From the NCBI RefSeq assembly GCF_009914755.1, contig NC_060933.1: DNA of 64,000 bases. One strand, 5' to 3'. The position numbers and the translations under genes were made by a program. A model generated the notes under the pieces. The model made no database searches, was not told where the DNA came from, and saw nothing but the letters and a program-made list of their open reading frames with translations. The stretch comes from the human T2T-CHM13v2.0 reference genome, Homo sapiens. Shown here piece by piece: positions 16,289 through 31,706 of this stretch (positions within the stretch are counted from its first letter, which is position 1; each line of letters begins with the position of its first letter).

Positions 16289-16789
16289 GCTATGAACATT
16301 TAAGTCTTAGAGTGAACATATATTTTTTGGAGTGGAATTGCTGGTTTATATGGTAAGTACATGCTTTTACTTTTTAAGAAACTGCCAAACTATTCTCCAA
16401 GGTGGTGGCACCATTTACATTCCCACCAACAAAGTATGACAATTAGGATTATTACAATTAGGACAATTCCAGTTTCTTCCAATCTATAAACATAGTGTGT
16501 CTCTCAATTTATTTGAGTCTTCTTTATTTTCTAATAGCTATGTTTTATAGTGTTCCATGAACAGGTCCTGCACACCTTTCGTAAGATCTACATTTAAGTA
16601 TTTTATTTTTTAATGCTATTGTGAATGAAATTCTTTTCTTAATTTGATAATCAGATCGTTACTACTACATAAAAAAGAACTGATTTTTGTATATTAACCT
16701 TGTATCCTGTTAACTTGCTAAAATTCACTTATTAGTTGGTGTCTTTTAGATTTCTAGATTTCTTAGAAGATCTCCATATAGGATCATGT

Positions 16790-17170
16790 TATCCATACAC
16801 AATCATGTATGGAGAGACAGTCCACTTTAAGCAGCTTGCACTCCTACATGTTTTGTTGGGTCTGCTAAGACTACAAAGGCCTAAAAACTCTTTTATGGAC
16901 CCTTTTTTCATGGTTGTTTATGCAGCTGGTTAACCTTGAGAGGTGAGGTTACATTTTCTTCCACACAAAAAGCCTTCTCACTTACTACTTGCTATAACTG
17001 CAGTAGATTCCCCCAGCTCATTATTTCTCAGCTGCAATACAAGTCTGCTATGAGTGTAATATTCATACGTGCCCTATTGCATTGCCACTGTGGGCCTCAG
17101 GGGCAAAGGAGACAGATACAAATATGCTGAAACTCATGTTGTTGTTTGTGGTGCCATGAGTAATATAGTT
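16790..17170 (+). mobile_element. Probable ERVL-type LTR fragment
   Basis: General LTR-like phrasing similar to the element at ~48.2-48.5 kb; family not determined. Confidence 0.35.
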
Positions 17171-17264
17171 CACAGGTGTTGTCATTCTTTAATTTTAGCC
17201 ATCCTAGAGAACATATTATCTCTCTATGATATTAACTTATATTTCTCCAATGGTTAATGATTTT

Positions 17265-17895
17265 AATACCAAATGTTGACCAGGATAAGAAGCAACTGGA
17301 ATTGACACACATTGCCAATGGGAGTATAACATGTTCAAGGGCTTTTGAAAATAGTTTGACAGTTTCTTTAGAGTTTCACATACTGAAATTCCACTCCCAA
17401 AAGCGATGTAAAAGAATGTTTGTAGAAATTTATTCATAATAGATCCATACTGGAAACAAGCCACAAGTGTCCATTTTAAAAAGAATGGATAAACAAACAG
17501 CACAATTGAAATCTACTCAGCAATAGAAGGAAATGTGCCACAAATCCACGCAACAACATGGATGGATCTCAGAAACCTTATGCTCACTAAAGGGAGCTGG
17601 ATACAAAAGCTTCTGTATGATTCTGGTACTGTATGACTTTTTGTAAGTTCAAAAGCACAAGCCAACCTAAATAATATGACAGAAAGTAGAACAGTGATAG
17701 GTAGGAGGTGCCTAGATAATCAATAAAAAGTATTAACAAATGGTAAGGGGGTGATGAAATGATCTGTAACTTGATCTGGGCTCTGGTAATACAGGCATAT
17801 ACATCTGTAAATATTAACCAAATGGCACACTTTATGCATTTAATTGTATTTTAAGTTATGCCTCGATTTCAAAAATTTTAAAAATAATTTTTAAA
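17265..17895 (+). mobile_element. Ancient L1M 3' fragment
   Basis: accaaatgttgaccaggat...aactggaattgacacacattgc...caacatggatggatctcagaaac. Confidence 0.75.
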
Positions 17896-18426
17896 GTGAC
17901 CCAAGAGAATCAGACCAGCCAAATATTTGTTCTCATGTCTAATCTATATTAACATCCTTATGAATATTTTGTTTGTTTGAATGCCACTTCCTTAGTACTA
18001 ACAACCTATTTTAGATGAATTTTAATTAAAGTTACATATGCTGCTGAAGCATACTCTTTGCGTAAGTAAATAAGATTAATTTCTTTAAAATCTACATATT
18101 TCTTCAACCGAAACACATTTTGCTATAGATAACTTGATGCTATTTTGTTTGGCCTGTAGTCAGCTAAATCATTCAACATTTGTAACATATTCACATTGTC
18201 ATATGCTACAAATCTGAGGGAAAAAAGCATAAAAATAGAATGCCATTGGACTTACTAGTTCTAAGAACTATTAAAAGGCACAGATAAAAAATTTAGTAAA
18301 CAATATCCTCAGGCAAAATATTTTCTGTTGTATTAATGTTCTACTTTTCAGGTCCTTTGTTGTATATGTAAATTGGCACATCTAACACCTAGGCACATTG
18401 GGAAGCTTAGTGTAGCTTCTGACCTA

Positions 18427-18770
<344 letters not shown>

Positions 18771-20018
18771 GTAGGGGAATTTAATTCTTATTAGATTAGT
18801 TATCTTAAATATTTGCTACATTTACATTATTCTATCAGAGATTGATACTCTTTATATTTTTAAATTATTGCATACATTTTTATCAATTTCTTTCCTCTAG
18901 ATTCCTCATACAAAACAATGAAATCTCACATCCTATTCTGTTTTGGGATATTGCACTGTGCAGAATAGTGGAAATTCCAAGTAGTTAAAGATCGCATACT
19001 ATAACAAACCATTTGTGGGTCATTTCCCCAATGTAAGAATTTTGCTTTTATTTATTAATATGATTTTAAACTATGGTGCTAAGTTTTCATTAGGAGTTAT
19101 ACTTCCTAATGTGGGAAATAAATATCTTGATATTGAAAAGCCCTTACAAATATCCTGAGCTATTCATTTTGTATTAAAAATATTCAGTAATTATTTTCTC
19201 TGCCTCTTAATCACTGAACCTAGTCAGTGTGCCAAGAAAGCATGATCACATGGAAGGACATCTGAATAGTGGAGAAATTCGAGGAGTGGAGGGAAAAGAT
19301 CCAGTATGTTTCCATTTGCTCTGTGTTTGCAGTTTAGCACACAGGTTTCTAAATTATCCTTGTCTACGAAATTCATTCCCATACACCAACGTTAATTTCC
19401 ATTCAAACCCACGGGCTTGCTCCCTGATTGTACTCTGCACGTGAGAGTTCATGGTTTTCAATATATAAAGCCCGTTTGAATCATTAACGCTTCTGGCTGA
19501 GAATGAGAGTTAACGCAAGCACTTTCTAAAAACAGAAAAAGAGGGCAAAATACATATACGCTTTTGCCTAGCCAGTTTCAATTTGCTTCTAGCAAAATTA
19601 TCCATTTCATCCCTACTCCTGCACTTCTATTTCACATTAACGAAGGAGAATATGTACTTATTAAAATGGAAAGTTGTCTCACATAAAATGCTACTGAGCC
19701 AATCCAATGAATGTTCGCAATTAAAGGTATAATAATCATAAAAAGAAGAAAACTTGATAAGCAAAAGAACAATCAAGTACTAGCATGAGTTACTAAGTGT
19801 TTTATTTCTTAAGCTTTTGTCTAAATAACTTTGGATCACATAGTTTTCTTAAGGAGACACTTAAGAAGAATGACAAATGGAGCTCTACTTTTTCTTTATT
19901 TGCCTTTTCTTGTATCAAATGCCCCATCATATTTTAGAAATCTTGGTTTTGCAGAAAAATTTAGCAATGTGCAATTCCAGGAAATATCAATGTAAACTTA
20001 ATGACAACAAAGTCAGGT

Positions 20019-20405
20019 TTAATAGTCAAATCCAAATTTCAAGAATTTCATATTTTATATAATGGCACCAATTTTCCTGCAGCTGAATATACACAATCTG
20101 ACTATACCTATATGTCAGTATACATACATATATATACTGAAATATATATGTATGTATATACTGACACATATAGTCAGTATATGACTATGACTATAGTCAG
20201 TATATATGACTATGACTATATATAGTCAGTATACAGTCAGTATATACTAACATATATGTATATGTGTATATGTACTGACATATATATGTGTGCTTATATG
20301 CACACACACTGACCATGTATGTACTGACATATGTGTGTGTGTGTGTATATATATATATACACACACTCACACTGACCGTATATATGTATATATTCCTGCA
20401 ACTGA

Positions 20406-20448
<43 letters not shown>

Positions 20449-20517
20449 TTCAGCTTCAGGAAAACTGGTGCCATTATATAAAATATAAAGTTCTTGAAAT
20501 TTGGATTTGACTATTAA
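20019..20517. repeat. 70-bp inverted repeat (20019-20088 / 20448-20517) around a (TA)/(CA)/(TG) microsatellite spacer
   Basis: Arms 66/70 identical by manual reverse complement; the ORF track shows IVKSKFQE..ILYNGT.FP.AE on both strands. Confidence 0.92.
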
Positions 20518-20538
20518 GTACACACTGACTCTCTCTAA

Positions 20539-20575
<37 letters not shown>

Positions 20576-21762
20576 TATAGTATATATTTAGTACACAGTA
20601 CATACACACACACAGATATATACATATGTGTTGTGTATTTATGTAGATTTATTGAACACATTAAAATCTATTAATTTGCAAAATTATATATACAAAATTA
20701 ATCATACACTTGTGATGAACCTTTTCATTCTTTCATGTTTCTTTGCATAAAGAAGTAAGAGAGTTGTTTGGATATTAGAGTGGAAGAGTATACATACATA
20801 ATCAGAAATTTCCAGAGGAAACATGAAGAGATGTCAACTATTTCTCCATTTTTTACTGATAATGCTTTCCAGAATCATGACTTTTGATTTTTGCTGTGCT
20901 ATAATTACTCGCTCTTTACAATGTCCACTTACTTCCTTCAGGGATATGACAGGAAGATTGAGAAAAACTGTGGCTGGAAGGCCGGCAGTGCTGTAGAGAC
21001 CCTGGGACCTGGGCCCTTCTTCTTTGGCTCCAGGTCATCCTGTGGTCTCCCCACCTTCCTCCTGCTTCCCTGGGCCCTCCTCACAACACTTCACAGACTT
21101 CTGTCCTCGTCTTGTTGCAATATCTTTTCTAAAATGTATTTTACAATAATTTCTCTACATTTCCTAAGCATCTGAAACGCAGTGTGACAATTTCATATAT
21201 ATTAATACTTTATACAATTCCTCATTCTGTTTTAGGAAAAATTACAAATCAGTTTAAAACTATTTTGGCAAGCAATCTAAATTAACTAAAGAATATCTTC
21301 TTATTGCTTTCCTGTAATAGGAAAGAGGTGGTGATGAGATGGTACACAGGTAATTCTTTATGAAAGCTATGGAATTCAGGGCATTGCTAATTCTTACTAA
21401 AATATGTGGAAACTAAGCAACTTTGAGCATCATAAAAAATAAATAGGAAGGTACATGGAAGAAAAACCATGTTCTCTAAAACCCCATAAAGCTAAGTTTT
21501 CTAAATATAATGAAATGTAAAATTTTTTAAAAATCTGACTTTTTTCTGGTTTATTTTCCTTTTTAATTTTTAATTTTTGTGGGTATGTAGTAGTTGTATG
21601 TATTTATAGGGTACATGAGATATTTTGATACAGGCATGTAATACATAATAATCACATCATAGAGACTGGGGTATCTGACTTAAGCAGCTTTTGTACTGGA
21701 CCACACTTAAAATAGCTTAAAGCTAAAATAATGGTATACAAAGAATTATCAGCACAGTCAAC

Positions 21763-21789
21763 AATCATCATCATCATCATCATCATCAT
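21763..21789. repeat. (ATC)n microsatellite
   Basis: About 9 units, seen directly. Confidence 0.9.
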
Positions 21790-22636
21790 TTTCCGTTTTT
21801 TCAATCTGAACCAAAGGGAGATTGTTATATCTACTGACAAATACAAAAATCAAATGGGATTATGAGAATGGTCCTGTGTCAGCTAGTTATAAAATAGAAA
21901 ATACACATATATATCCTATTGGAAGGAAAATACACATATACACACATCACCCAAATGGTGATGTTTTACAACACGTTATGTATAAAATTAGGCATAAAAT
22001 TGAACTTTAGTTTTCAGTGAAGTATGAATAAAATAGTGAAGAGCTCTCCAGGTTGACAATTATGGGAACAATTCTAAAACTACTCATCAGCTGATTGCGA
22101 CTCCTTATAAAATTAATTTAAATGCACCAAAAGCCATATTGCATTTATACTATAGAAGGTAAAACTGGTACAGCCATTTCATAAAAAGATTTTTGATATT
22201 TTCCTGTTTTTTTTAAATTGAATAATTGTGACACAGAGAATGAGAAATGCATTAATCTTATTCTTAGAGGTTTCTCTGTCGAGTTTAAGTTGCCAATGTC
22301 ATATGCCTGGCAGTGCGGTGGCCAATTTAAATGGAACCATAGGGGATTCAGTCCATGTAAACTACTTAAACATCACCTGACGGTCCCCTCCCCTGCACCG
22401 TGGGCTGCCATAACCTAATTTAACAAGCTCTTTCAGAGTTTGGACATTTCTTTGGTAACAACTGACATTACCTGGCATTATTTCATGTTTTATTCTGAAT
22501 TATTCTACTACAGAAGCTTAAGTTTAATTCCATCTATACATATTATTTAATGTTTGCTTTGTCATGGCTCTGAGCTAGATGTTGTGAAACAATGTGCTTA
22601 ACTGCCACTTTTACTCCCACTGTTGATACTACTAAT

Positions 22637-22941
22637 TGCCGGGCGCGGTGGCTCAGGCCTGTAATCCCAGCACTTTGGGAGGCCGAGGCGGATCATGAGG
22701 TCAGGAGTTGAGCCTGGCCAACATGGTGAAACCTCGACTCTACTAAAAATACAAAAAATTAGCCAGGCGTGGTGGCGCGCACCTGTAATCCCAGTTACTC
22801 AGAAGGCTGAGGCAGGAGAATCACTTGAACCCAGGAAGCGGAGGTTGCAGTCAGCTGAGATCATGTCACTGCACTCCAGCCTGGGTGACAGGGTGAGGCT
22901 CCATCTCAAAAACCAAAACAAAACAAAACAAATAAAAAAAA
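22637..22941 (+). mobile_element. AluS
   Basis: Dimeric Alu with small deletions; tactaatt at both flanks. Confidence 0.92.
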
Positions 22942-23009
22942 TCTACTAATTATAATTTTTGCTTCAGCAGCACTCAGTAGATTTTAGCTACTTTGGATCA
23001 GATCATATA

Positions 23010-23450
23010 CTAATTTTTTAATTATGGTAATACACATGAAATTTACCATTTGAACTGTTTTATATGTAAAGTTCAGTAGCATTAAGTACATTCACGTTGT
23101 GCAACCATCACTACCATCCATCTCTAGAGCTCTTTCACCTTCCCAAATGAAAACGCTGAACCCACTAACAATAACCTCCATTACCAGCCCCTGGCAACAA
23201 CTATTCTATTTCTTGTCTCTATGAATTTGACTACTCTAGGTACCTCATATAAATGAATAACGTAGTAGTTGTCCTTTTGTGTCTAGCTTATTTTCCTTAG
23301 CATAATGTCTTGAAAGTTCATCTGTGTTACAGTACGGGCCAGAATTTTCTTCCTACACTGCACTAGGCTTCTCCGTTTGTCCATCAATGGAAATTTGGGT
23401 TGTTTCTCTTTTGGCTCTTGCGGATACATCTGCTCTGAACATTGGCGTAA
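23010..23450 (-). mobile_element. L1MB-like 3' fragment
   Basis: gcattaagtacattcacgttgtgcaaccatcact...ctctatgaatttgactactctaggtacctcatata. Confidence 0.8.
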
Positions 23451-23474
23451 CATAACCTAATTATTTTATGTGTA

Positions 23475-23650
23475 TTAATTCATTTAATCTTCACAACCTA
23501 TTTTACTCAAGTTAACTATTTCATGATAGGTACTTTACTAATCCCATTTTATAACTGAGGAAACAAAAACTCAGGGAGATAAAGGAATTTGTCCAAAGTC
23601 ACACAGCTAGTAAGGGGTAGAGCCTGGATGATTCCAAGCTTATCCCTAAT
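23475..23650 (-). mobile_element. MIR
   Basis: cccattttataactgaggaaac...tccaaagtcacacagctagtaag. Confidence 0.75.
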
Positions 23651-23814
23651 CACTAAGGATAAGATAGCACACTTCCTTCAAGGAAGTTAGAATTGCACAA
23701 ACCGTAAGAAAAGTATACAAATACCTAGTAAGCACACTGGCATGTGATAAATGCTGAGAGCTTTTTAAGGGAAAGTGCCAGACATATTTAGCATGCAGGC
23801 TTAGTAAAAATCTA

Positions 23815-24435
23815 GATTAGGTCTGGCAGCCAAAATCTAGATTATGACCTGCTTTACACAGCCAGAGAACTAAGAATGGTTTTACATTTGTAAAGCGTTG
23901 CGTTTAAAAAAAAAAAAAAAAAGAGGGCGGGGGCTGGGTATGGTGGCTCAGGCCCGTAATCCCAACATTTTGGGATGCTGAGGTGGCTGGACTGCTTGAG
24001 CCCAGGAATTCAAGACCAGCCTGAGCAACATAATGAGATCCCATCTTTACAAAAAATATAAATGTTCGCTGGGTGTTATGACATGTGACTGTGGTCCCAG
24101 CTACTCGGGAGGCTGAGGTGGGAGGATCACCTGAGCCCACAGAGGTTGAGGCTACACTAAGCTGTGATCTTGCCACTGTACTCCAAACCTGGGCAACAGA
24201 GCAAGACTGTGTTTCAAAAAGAGAAAGAGAAAGAGAGAAGAGGGGAAAAGAAAAAAAGAGGAAAGGAAAAAAGCAAGGAAGGAAGGAAGGAGGAGGAGGA
24301 GGAAGGGAGGGAGGGAGGGAAGGAAGACAGAGAAAGAAAAAAGAAAAAAAAGAAATGTAACAGAGACCTTACATGGTCCACAATACCAAAATCATTTTCC
24401 ATCTGTCTCTTTACAGCAGAAGTTTGCTAACTCCC
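23815..24435. mobile_element. MER58/Charlie-like hAT element split by an AluJ (23930-24220, +) and a purine tract (to ~24356)
   Basis: gaactaagaatggttttacattt on the left and ctttacagcagaagtttgctaactccc on the right; AluJ-type cttgagcccaggaattcaag in between. Confidence 0.65.
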
Positions 24436-24439
24436 ATGT

Positions 24440-24905
24440 TTAAATTTTATTTTTAATTGATGAATAATAATTGTACATTTTTAAGAGGTGCAATGTGATG
24501 TTTGGATACATGCATACACTGTAAAATGATCGAATCAGGCTAATCAGCATATCAGTCACCTCAAATATGTATCATTCTTTTAGCGGTGAGAATAGTTAAA
24601 ATCCTCTCATATATTTCAAAACAGACAACACTTATTAACTACATTCACTATGCTGTGCAAAAGAACAACAGAAATTATTATTCCTATCTACCCAAAACTA
24701 TGTACCTACTGACCAACATCTCCCCCTTCCCTATCCACCCTCTCCTCTAGCCTCTGGTAACCACCATGCTACTCTCTACTCCTGTGAGCACTGTCTTTAA
24801 ATTCCACATGTAAGTGAGACTATATGGTATTTGTCTCTCTGTGCCTGGTTTATTTCACTTAACATAATGTCCTCCAGGTTCATCCATGTTATCACAAGTG
24901 TCAGA
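24440..24905 (-). mobile_element. L1MA 3' end
   Basis: taataattgtacat...ttccacatgtaagtgag...atgtcctccaggttcatccatgtt. Confidence 0.85.
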
Positions 24906-26477
24906 GTTCCCTGCATCACGGGTTTTAATCCACACCTTTGATGTACTTGGCTCTAGTAAGTACAAGCGTGGGGGAAATGTAAAACTCTTTTGGTGCAAGC
25001 ATTCTGCATCATGTTTCAGACTTTCAAAGAAAATTTTAAGTCATCCTCAACAACATCACATTAATTTGAGGCTAGAGAAGATACGGACTATAACCCTGAC
25101 AAAAGCCACTTGAGCAAATCCGTCAGAATCATTCTGCAGGTATAAATTTTTAAATCACAAACTCATGAGGGAAAATGTAACTTCATTTCTCCATAACCCA
25201 GAAAGCTTTCTAGTAGGAGCTGGAATTCTGGCTGATACACAGACTGGAAGTAGTCACAGCAGGTGTCTCTGTCCAGTTAAGGGATAAGCCTGTCAGTTCG
25301 TGTCTGTATTGGTCGCAGACCCTTGAAAATTCCTTCAGGGGTTCTTTTACTTCCCCTTCATCCCCAGAGTTAACTCTGGTCTCTTCTGGCTTTGCTAATT
25401 GCCTTGGTAAAGCGGGGAGGGGAGTGTGTTCAAGCCCCAAGTAGAGGTCAGCACTGCACTGTCCTCAGGGATGGCGACCTGCTGCCGATGGAGCCAAGTC
25501 CTCCCATCCCAGGCTGGGACAGTGCTCTCCACAACGTTTTGGTGACCCTTTCTCCTCCCTCTGCCAGACCTCAGGCAGGAACATGGTCTTGCTCACCTGC
25601 CTTTGGTACCTCAGGGTGTCCTTGGATAACTGGGGCTGTCCTCACCGGCCACCAGAGCTGCAGCAGGGCGTCCAGTCCTGTCACTGAATGTGCCGCAGCA
25701 CAACGAGGATGCCATGCAGGCTGCTCTTGGAGACTGGCGTCCTCCTTTCCACTACACACATGAGAGTGCCCACTCAGATCCCTGAGCTTCAGTGAAGACT
25801 TCCATTAAGCCACCACCGGCAAGGCTCTGCTTGAGAGCAGAGCTTCAGGGCAGTCCCCACCTCTCTATGCATCCTATCGTGCAGTCCTGCTGAGGGTTCC
25901 TAGTCTGCGAGATAGCAGAAAAATTAAAACACCTTTAGCCTGCTCAATTCCCTTTCAAACTTTTTCTACCTCAGACCAAAAGATGCTTTTGGACTTCAGA
26001 AGTGAAGATTAATGCCTTGGTTCACAGTCTCTGCAATGATCCCCTTTTCTCTCTACAGAAGACTCAAGACAATCTGAGTTAGGAGCAAAGACGGAGGTCT
26101 GAGGGCACTGGCGAAAAAATTCAGTGAGCTTGGAAGCAGGGTCATTTATGTTAATTGTACATGTCATCCCACACAGAAATGGCCTTTATAGGAATTATCA
26201 GTGTCGTGAAGAAAGTTTTGATTTCCATTTTTAAACCTCATATCCCCTCATCAAAAGCTCCCATCATGAGTTTCTGGCTGACTTACGCCAGGACTCACAG
26301 AATGATTCATCCCTACATGAAAAAGTATTTTCACCAGCCTCAAAGGTTTTCAGGAATTACTAGATCAAAGAATTGTTAAAGAAACTTTCCAAAAGCTCAT
26401 TCTACTTGCCCCTCCAAGCAAAATACTAACTTTGTGATGGATTTTAGACATTCCTAGTCCGTAACAGCGGCATGAAA

Positions 26478-26621
26478 CTTTTTTTCTTTTTTTTTTTTTT
26501 TAATAGAGACAGGGTTTTGATGTTGCCCAGGCTGGTCTCCAACTCCTGGGCTCAAGGTGATCCAACCGCCTCAGCCTCCCAAAGTGCTGGGATTACAGGC
26601 GTGAACCACCCTGCCCGGTCC
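26478..26621 (-). mobile_element. FLAM / Alu monomer
   Basis: T-tract then a single monomer (ctcctgggctcaag...gattacaggcgtgaaccac). Confidence 0.85.
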
Positions 26622-27860
26622 CGCACAGAAGTTTTTGATGTTAGGTGTACCACCTTCAATGATGGCTGTGTGGATCCAATATCTGCTTCTCTTTCATTCA
26701 TAAAATTCACCAAGTTCACATTGGAAAACATTATTCTATGGTTATTCCAGAAAATATTAGATTATCCCCATTTTGTTTGAAAACTGACTGAAAATATGAC
26801 ATCATGTTCCCATCTGGCAGGAGTGCACAGCAGGCATGGAAAATGGGGATGAGTGCGTCCAAGTTAGTTCCAATTTTCAAACATTCATCCCGCACCGCCT
26901 GTTCAGTTGCCTGGGTAAAATTGCCCCACGCAGAGAAGCTTTTACCCCAGGTTAATAAAGATGCTTTTTATATTAGTATTTGAGTTGTGGTCACTAGTAA
27001 TGTTTTCTAGTTCAGATTGTGAAATTTGTATTTGTTACTATCTTTGTTTTTATACCTCAAAGAACCATTTAGAGTCACTGATTCATGTCCATAAAGCAGG
27101 AACTTTCCGAAATTTAGTAAGAATAGCTAAGTACAAATCTAAAAAAAAAATTACATACTTCAGAAACTAAAAATGCATTCACTGAGATGCCTTATATCCT
27201 AATTAAATATTAGCTGAATTGTAATTGATCTTACATTTTGATTTTGTGAAATATATATTGCCTTTACTCCAAAATTTACTAGACCACCTTCTTACGTATG
27301 GCAGTGGGCATTAGGTGGCTTGTGAATTTGAGAACTGCTCTATGGGGTTAGTGTCTGAGATTCATCAACTGAGCATGGAACAAGAAGAGAATAGCACTTT
27401 AAAGAACATTAACTGAGGACTTTGCTAAGCATTTATTTAATTAGGGAAAGCTTCAAAAGTTGAAGTTCGATCATGGGACTTTCAAAATAATCCAAGTGAG
27501 ACATGAAGAGACTAAGCTGAGGGGGAGATCCATGGAAATGATGTATTAGAATCATAAGCATGAACTGTTTCAACAGACAATACACAGAATTTGGAAAAAG
27601 GAGGGAGTGATAACTCTAAGATTTTTTTCCACAAATCAACATTCATACATATTATTTTGTATTCATATACTGTGATCTTCATGGAGTAAGGTGCTAATGT
27701 AAAAAAATTGATTATTGGAGTTTATAAAAGCAACTTTTGACCATTTTCTCTGTGTGTGTGTCTACATAGCAAACTTACTTCCTCAGAGAAGCAGAAACTC
27801 TTTGTCTTACTGACACTGGAATCTATCCTCTGTAGTTTTATTCCATCAAAAAGATAACTA

Positions 27861-28293
<433 letters not shown>

Positions 28294-31200
28294 TTATATT
28301 CACTGAATACAAGTAAATTAATGAAACATTTTCAGGACAATCAGGCACAGATTGCTATTTTTTCTATTGAGTTGAGATAATTATTTGGGCTAATAATAGA
28401 AAGAAAGTGTGTATCCACTCCTGGAAGGCTGTGTGCTGTGCTATAAGAGAAGCTGATGCCTCTGCTTCCCCATCTTTGTTCTGTGGAGCCACACAGGCAG
28501 CCTGATACCTGGGCAAATGCTTACCTGCCCAGATCCGAAGGGCTGGTGCACCCAGATTCGTGGCTAGGTTGTGTGCAGCACAAATTCCCGCCTCTAGTTT
28601 CCCTGCTTTCCTCTTTTCCTAAGAAATCAGTACCTGAGCTTTTTCAAAATAACTGGAGAAGAAATGAGGCAGAAAGTATCTTTTTAAACACAATCCTCAT
28701 TCACTCAGAAAATTGAGAAAAAAGTTCTAAGTGATAATTGATGACAACCTGTAAAATTTTTCAACAGCTTGAGTGTCTATTTTCTCTACAATATTGTCAT
28801 CAACTCATAACCAAATATCACAAATAGGCAGCATAATGGCCTCATTAGGGCAGTTTCCACAGTGACCCACACCATCAACAATGGCATGCATCTGTCATGC
28901 ATCTTCCCAGAAAGTCCTAAAATTCTACAGGAAAAACCTCTTGGAAAGAAAGTTTCAAACGTTGATGAGGTCCACCCATATAGTTAATCTCTTCAGGTGA
29001 GAAGCTATAAACATAAGACGCTTCTTCGGTTTCATCCATTTTGTAAACTCATTTGCTGAAATGTTCTTCACAGTAATATCTGTGTTCACTGCATTGTTTC
29101 CAAGTATTTAAAATCCCTGAAGAAGTAAGTAATCCATGTGTTTTACGCCATTTCAACAGAAATGTCTTAGGCAATGTTTATCTTTGCTGCTTACAGATCC
29201 CCAAATGAGACAGCTTGCTTCATTAGTGAAGGCCCCTTGAAAAAATTCTCAAACTCTCCTTCGGTCTAACGCATGGTTAGTTATTGTACATTCATTTTGC
29301 GACTTTAAAAAGGAGCAATTGCAGAGGTGTCAAGCCACAAATAACAATGCTGTCTAACTTCGTTAGACCATGAAAACACATGGGGTTATCCTTGCAAAAA
29401 AGCATATGTATTGTTTAATTTATTGCAGTAGCATCTTGAATCACATCTATCGTGAGAGAATATAAAATCTTTTTCATGTTTTTCACACACTGTCATAACT
29501 TATTATTGTTTTCCATTATCTTAATATTCTGCTGTCTAAGAGATGTAGCCCCTGGGTGACCTGAAAGTCTGGTGAAGCTAGTATGATCAGGGATATAATA
29601 AGACAGTGACCATCTATGGACCTTGGACACAATACTAGAGAGCATGATAGATGCATGTGGGCCATAATGATGTTGATATTAATACGCTATTAATTCCTCT
29701 CTGACTCCAGTAAATCATCTCCACCTTGTCTAGGTTTTGCATTTCCAAATGCTTGCCCTTTCTCTCTTAATAATTCTCCTTAATATCCCACATTCCTTTA
29801 ACCTGAGGTGGAAAACTCATAAGTGGGGAGGGAAATCCTAAAACTCACTAGGTGACACAATACACTAAAGCATTCCAGCTTGGGTCAGCAGACATGTTAC
29901 AGCTGCAGACTCTTATGTTTTCTCTCTTTAGACCAAAGAGTTTATCTCACACTCATCATGTGTTGGTCTGTGAGTGGCCAAGACAACATTCAATGAGCAA
30001 CCAGCAAACCCTCCCTTATGCTAGAATGCTTACTTATGGGGATACTAAAAAACACTAGGTCTGTTATAGTTCTACTTGGAAACTTCAGATGCCTTTTCTT
30101 CTAACTCTGAAATTTTAATAAGATGGAAGAAGCACTTTCTGCATAATTGTTTATTTAAAACTAAATGCAATTCCAACCCAGAAGAGGCCTCTTTTGGATA
30201 AGACTAGCCAAGTTACAGATGAAGACAACAGGGTCTTAGCTGTCAGTGAGATAGCCCTCTTTGATCTTGGGAAATTCTGAAGGAATTTCTCATTTCAAAA
30301 TAAGAATAAATACTTTTGGGTAAAGGGAGGAGAGAAAATTCTTCAGGTCACCTTCCATTTTTTCCTTATAAACAAATTACAATCAGTTGACCTCAGCCTA
30401 GCATTTTGATTAAAAATAACTCAAGATAGGACTGAAAGAAAACACCAAGAAGAGAGTTTTATCCTAATCTTAGAAAGGCATATTCATATGACAACCAGCA
30501 TAAGAAGCAAGGAATCTGAATTACAGAAAAATAAACTTTAAACTGAAACTGCTAATATAATAAATGCAGAGGAGACACAGGGCAGCAAATGCATAAATAA
30601 ATGTATGTCTTTAGCCAGTATGTGAATGATACCCAAAACGGCTGGTTTTCCATCTCAAACAGTCATGGAATAACAACTTCACAGTGTTTATTAATTGTTG
30701 AAATTGTCTAAAATAAGAGATTATATTTTCACAAATTCATTTGACACAGACACAGCTATAAGCACATGAGAAGACAGGCCTAAGGAAAAAGGTAAAATTA
30801 ATTCACCTATGTCTGTATTTGTCAACTAAACAAAGCATCGATCCATTTATTATAAAGTATAATAAAACTAAGGACAACCATTGCATAATTAAATTGCCTC
30901 TGAAAGCCAATTATTGATTATGGAGAAAACCAAGTTTTACAACTGTATGTGTGTATCATATAAAGATTTCATTTCCTAATACAGATCATTCATTATTCAT
31001 TTTGAAATGTTAAGAATTTACTATGTGCCAGTGTATCGTTTGAAGTCTCATATTTTAAACATTTTAAACTATAGGTTAATTTTCTGAAATTTTCGATTAG
31101 TGTCAGAAGAAGTTACAGAAAAAGGAATAACAAACATGTTTAAATAATTAAATGGTTTCAATGGCATCTCGGAATTTCTTTGATATTATTATCAAAATGT

Positions 31201-31372
31201 TTTCTTCAATTCTACTCAAAACCTTATTTTTTTGCCCTAAGTCTTTGTCAGCTTATTTCAGTCTTATTTTTACATGTAATATACCACAGAGTTCTTCTTA
31301 GCTTCAAGTGATGCAATGTGAAAGGTGTAGAAATGCACACTGACCCTTAGCCTCTTAAATTTACAACAGGTC

Positions 31373-31706
<334 letters not shown>

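Larger units (their letters stand above)
15470..16760 (-). mobile_element. Ancient L1M fragments interrupted by THE1 and Alu
   Basis: gatggacatttgagttgtttccag, gtggaattgctgg, aactgccaaactattctccaa, tgatttttgtatattaaccttgtatcctg. Confidence 0.75.
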
